From the NCBI GenBank assembly GCA_964395625.1, contig CAYNAR010000002.1, forward strand, positions 781 to 64,780: DNA of 64,000 nt, given 5' to 3'. Position numbers and translations under genes: made by a program. The notes beneath the pieces are model-generated. The model was not told where the DNA came from. It searched no databases and saw nothing but the letters and a program-made list of their open reading frames with translations. The stretch's first letter is position 1, and every line of letters begins with the position of its first letter. Shown here in pieces: positions 61,418-64,000 of this stretch. Source of the DNA: an uncultured Gammaproteobacteria bacterium. Its GTDB lineage: Bacteria; Patescibacteriota; Patescibacteriia; Patescibacteriales; WJLG01.

Positions 61418-62247
61418 GCTTCGAGGTCATAAAAACAAAAGAGGAGATAGAGGTTTTGCGCGAAGGCGGAAGACTGCTTAGTCGTATACTAAAAGACTTG
61501 CTCTCTAAAGTGAAGCCTGGCGTCTCGACGGAGTATTTGGAGGAGTTGGCTTGCGAATGGATGGATAAGGTCGGTGGTCGCCCGGCATTCAAAAATTACG
61601 AAGTTTGGGGTGGACATTTTTTTCCTACCGCTTTGTGCACTTCTGTAAACGAGGAGATAGTTCATGCACCGTCCGTCCCTGGTAGGATTTTGCACGAAGG
61701 GGATATTTTGAGCATCGATATCGGTATGGAGTGGCCGATAGACCCGTCCAAGGTGAAAAAGAATTTAGTCAGTAATCGTTTTTCCATTGGCGGTGGTTTC
61801 TATACCGATATGGCTAGTACCATCGCTGTCGGCAAGATCGATAAAAAGGCGCAAAAATTGATAGAAGTCACTAAGGCGGCGCTAGCCATCGGTATCGCGG
61901 AGGCTAAGCCGGGAAATAAGCTTAGTAAATTAGGCGGAGCCATACAGAAATATGTCGAGAGGAAAGGTTTTGCCGTAGTCCGTGATATGGTCGGGCATGG
62001 CGTCGGTCACAAAGCTCACGAGGATCCGCAAATTTTCAATTATGATTTTAGGCCATATGGCGTAGACGACTTAGTTTTGGAACCGGGAATGGTCATAGCC
62101 ATCGAGCCGATGGTGACGGCCGGGACGTGGCGCATTAAGACCGGTAAAGATGGTATGGCTGTAGTGACTGCCGACGGTTCATTGTCTGCTCACTTCGAGC
62201 ACACTGTAGCCATAACAGAGAAAGGGAATATTATTATTACGGAATAG
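61414..62247 (+). CDS. map: type I methionine aminopeptidase
   Basis: 277 aa. DIGMEW..., GHGVGHKAHEDPQI, EPMV..., EHTV. Confidence 0.93.
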   Translation: MSFEVIKTKEEIEVLREGGRLLSRILKDLLSKVKPGVSTEYLEELACEWMDKVGGRPAFKNYEVWGGHFFPTALCTSVNEEIVHAPSVPGRILHEGDILSIDIGMEWPIDPSKVKKNLVSNRFSIGGGFYTDMASTIAVGKIDKKAQKLIEVTKAALAIGIAEAKPGNKLSKLGGAIQKYVERKGFAVVRDMVGHGVGHKAHEDPQIFNYDFRPYGVDDLVLEPGMVIAIEPMVTAGTWRIKTGKDGMAVVTADGSLSAHFEHTVAITEKGNIIITE

Positions 62248-62252
62248 TCAAT

Positions 62253-62657
62253 ATGGATTTGGATAATAGGATATATTTAGGCGTGGATTGGGGAGAGAAG
62301 CGTATCGGATTGGCTTTGGCTGATAGTGAGTTACGTTTGGCTACCCCTTTCAAGACCGTTGCCAACCTTAAAGAACTTGTGGTCGTCGTCAAAGAGGAGA
62401 TGGTTGATATTTTGGTTTTGGGCAAGCCGGTCAAGATGCGCGGAGAAGAGGATGGACTCAATCCTGATTTTTTAAAATTCTTCGACGACTTGGAAAGCAC
62501 TTTACCGGATGTGAAGATTGAATTGGTGGACGAGCGTCTCTCTAGTCAAGAGGCGGATGCTAGAGTTGGTGGCAAAAAAACGAAGGCTGGTCGCGATGAA
62601 GTGGCTGCCATGATCATATTGCAGAGCTATTTGGACAAAATGACGAATAATAGTTGA
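62253..62657 (+). CDS. ruvX: Holliday junction resolvase-like RuvX/YqgF
   Basis: 134 aa. LGVDWGEKRIGLALAD...DERLSS. Confidence 0.88.
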   Translation: MDLDNRIYLGVDWGEKRIGLALADSELRLATPFKTVANLKELVVVVKEEMVDILVLGKPVKMRGEEDGLNPDFLKFFDDLESTLPDVKIELVDERLSSQEADARVGGKKTKAGRDEVAAMIILQSYLDKMTNNS

Positions 62658-62658
62658 T

Positions 62659-63138
62659 ATGGAACAGACGTTTAACACTAGAGCTATAATATTGTCCAGA
62701 CATGACTTCCGGGAGGATGATTCCCGGATTATTGTTTTTAGTGAGGAAAAAGGGAAAATGAGCTTAGTGGTTCGTGGTGCCAAGAAGATGAAATCTAAAT
62801 TGTCCGGACACGTCGAGCCTCTAACCTTATCTCGTTTAATGATAGTCAAAGGTAAGGATTTCGACTACGTCGGGTCGGCTAAGGGTGAGAATTTTTTTAT
62901 TGACGTGAAGGAGAATTTGGGCAAATTAGCCCTTGCTGGAAAGGCTTTGTTTTTGGTGGATAAAATGACCAGGGAAGGGGAAATTGATGAACAGAGGGAT
63001 CTTTATGAGCTTTTGAGGGGTTTTTTAAGCGAGCTAGATGGTTGCGGCGAACAAAATATTGATATTAATGATTTTTCGGAAAAATTAGCTAACATAACAG
63101 GATTTTCCTTGGAGGAGATGAAAGAGTTTTGCCGGTAG
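62659..63138 (+). CDS. recO: short RecO-like DNA repair protein (mainly the OB-fold N-terminal domain)
   Basis: 159 aa. RAIILSRHDFREDDSRIIVFSEEKGKMSLVVRGAKK matches the RecO N-terminal domain. No Cys zinc-finger region is present. Confidence 0.7.
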   Translation: MEQTFNTRAIILSRHDFREDDSRIIVFSEEKGKMSLVVRGAKKMKSKLSGHVEPLTLSRLMIVKGKDFDYVGSAKGENFFIDVKENLGKLALAGKALFLVDKMTREGEIDEQRDLYELLRGFLSELDGCGEQNIDINDFSEKLANITGFSLEEMKEFCR

Positions 63139-63162
63139 CTTATAGATTTTTTTGTTTATTAT

Positions 63163-63196
63163 AAGCCTAAATTTAGTTAGGCTTTTTATTTTTTAG
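63163..63196 (+). terminator. intrinsic terminator after recO
   Basis: AAGCCTAA-ATTTAG-TTAGGCTT followed by TTTATTTTTT. Confidence 0.65.
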
Positions 63197-63213
63197 TTGC
63201 TAAAGTGGTACTA

Positions 63214-63242
63214 TTGACAAAAAATTATTTTCGTGATAATAT
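63214..63242 (+). promoter_or_regulatory. promoter TTGACA-17-TAATAT with a TG extension
   Basis: TTGACA at 63214-63219, TGaTAATAT at 63234-63242, about 60 nt upstream of ATG 63303. Confidence 0.55.
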
Positions 63243-63302
63243 ATAGTGAATTTTGCTCATTAATAATTTAATTTATTTACAAAAAATAAGGAGAGGTGCC
63301 CA

Positions 63303-64000
63303 ATGGGTTCTGATTTTTCTTTGGCCCCTTCCTTGTATATCAAGAAGGTTGGGGAGAGTACAAGTAAACTTGAGCTTAAATTGACGACAGCCGTCGACAA
63401 AGTGTTAGTTCGTTTTACTGGAGGGTGTGGCGGTATGTCGGAGGAAGACGCTCAAGGTTTGTATGGAATATTCACGGAAGCTTTTGATGGTTTTGCCGGA
63501 GGGATTATTTTTGGCGGAACCAGAATGCTTAAAAGAGGTGATGCTGAAAAAATCGTTCCAGGGATAACCGAGATTCCACCCATGATAAGAAGGAAGTGTT
63601 CAAGGTCGGTGATTTTAGGCGTTGTTCCTAAGTCGCAGGATTTGCGTCTTTCTGAACATGGTCTTGTCGTGTCCAATGAAGATGGCAATGATTTTTTTAC
63701 TATTATCCATCCAGAGCAAGACCAGTGTCTTGTCGTTCAGCAATCAGTCGATCAAGGAGTGGATTGGGAGGCGGAATTTAAGGAGTGTATTCGGATAACC
63801 GAAGACTTGAAAAATTTCGCTGGCTTTCAGTCGCTTCTTGTAAGCTATAATGGTGGAGGGGTTACCGAGAAGGAGATTTTAGCGACCGCTGAATTGGGTT
63901 GGCCGATTTTATTGATAAACGGATCTGGCCGCAAGACAGAAGAGTATGCCAATAACCCTTGGTTTTTAAAGAAGTATCCCAATGTCGTCGTGGTCGAAAA
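63303..64000 (+). CDS. SLOG-superfamily (LOG/LSDAT-like) Rossmannoid protein, 3'-truncated by the window edge
   Basis: Not in the track because it is open to the window end. AAGGAGAGG SD. FTGGCGG...GGIIFGGT...ILGVVP...YNGGGVTEKEI...WPILLINGSGRKTEEYA matches the SLOG glycine-rich loop pattern. Confidence 0.6.
   Translation, partial: MGSDFSLAPSLYIKKVGESTSKLELKLTTAVDKVLVRFTGGCGGMSEEDAQGLYGIFTEAFDGFAGGIIFGGTRMLKRGDAEKIVPGITEIPPMIRRKCSRSVILGVVPKSQDLRLSEHGLVVSNEDGNDFFTIIHPEQDQCLVVQQSVDQGVDWEAEFKECIRITEDLKNFAGFQSLLVSYNGGGVTEKEILATAELGWPILLINGSGRKTEEYANNPWFLKKYPNVVVVE

Noticed and set aside
1-64000. CRISPR arrays, transposons, integrases, prophage, rRNA or tRNA genes.
   Set aside because: There are no regularly spaced direct repeats, and no ORF has transposase, integrase or Cas motifs. 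The only repeat family is the three dispersed palindromic copies. No rRNA or cloverleaf-compatible sequence was seen in any intergenic region.

Overview
This 64-kb window appears to come from a small, streamlined bacterial genome. I infer a Candidate Phyla Radiation / Patescibacteria-like organism from four things: the r-protein cluster lacks L30, many r-proteins carry Lys/Glu-rich tails, most core genes have no Shine-Dalgarno (SD) sequence, and RecO is minimal. The genetic code is standard, because TGA terminates conserved genes. Nearly all genes are on the + strand. The core content is secDF, mreBCD-mrdA, ileS, lemA/htpX, ruvA, a FemAB-type transferase, a Mur ligase, rpoBC, rpmB, and a str-S10-spc ribosomal cluster running from rpsL to rplO, followed by secY, adk, map, ruvX and recO. 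Short accessory islands of orphan genes interrupt these blocks. I found no rRNA, tRNA, CRISPR array, transposase or integrase. The observations most worth a second look are: (1) an apparently intact histidine-phosphatase (PGAM-like) domain inserted inside IleRS; (2) a ~45-bp two-hairpin palindromic repeat present twice in frame inside ileS and once inverted in an intergenic spacer, reminiscent of Rickettsia palindromic elements; (3) SecD carrying a tandem parvulin (PPIase) module in its periplasmic head; (4) a 58-aa minimal prepilin with a His/Tyr tail that the ORF track missed; (5) a SLOG/LSDAT-like gene cut by the 3' edge; (6) promoter geometry suggesting leaderless mRNAs, with strong SD sequences almost confined to accessory genes; (7) several candidate attenuators or structured RNAs. 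All calls come from reading the sequence. No database search or folding computation was run. Coordinates of small motifs may be off by 1-2 nt.
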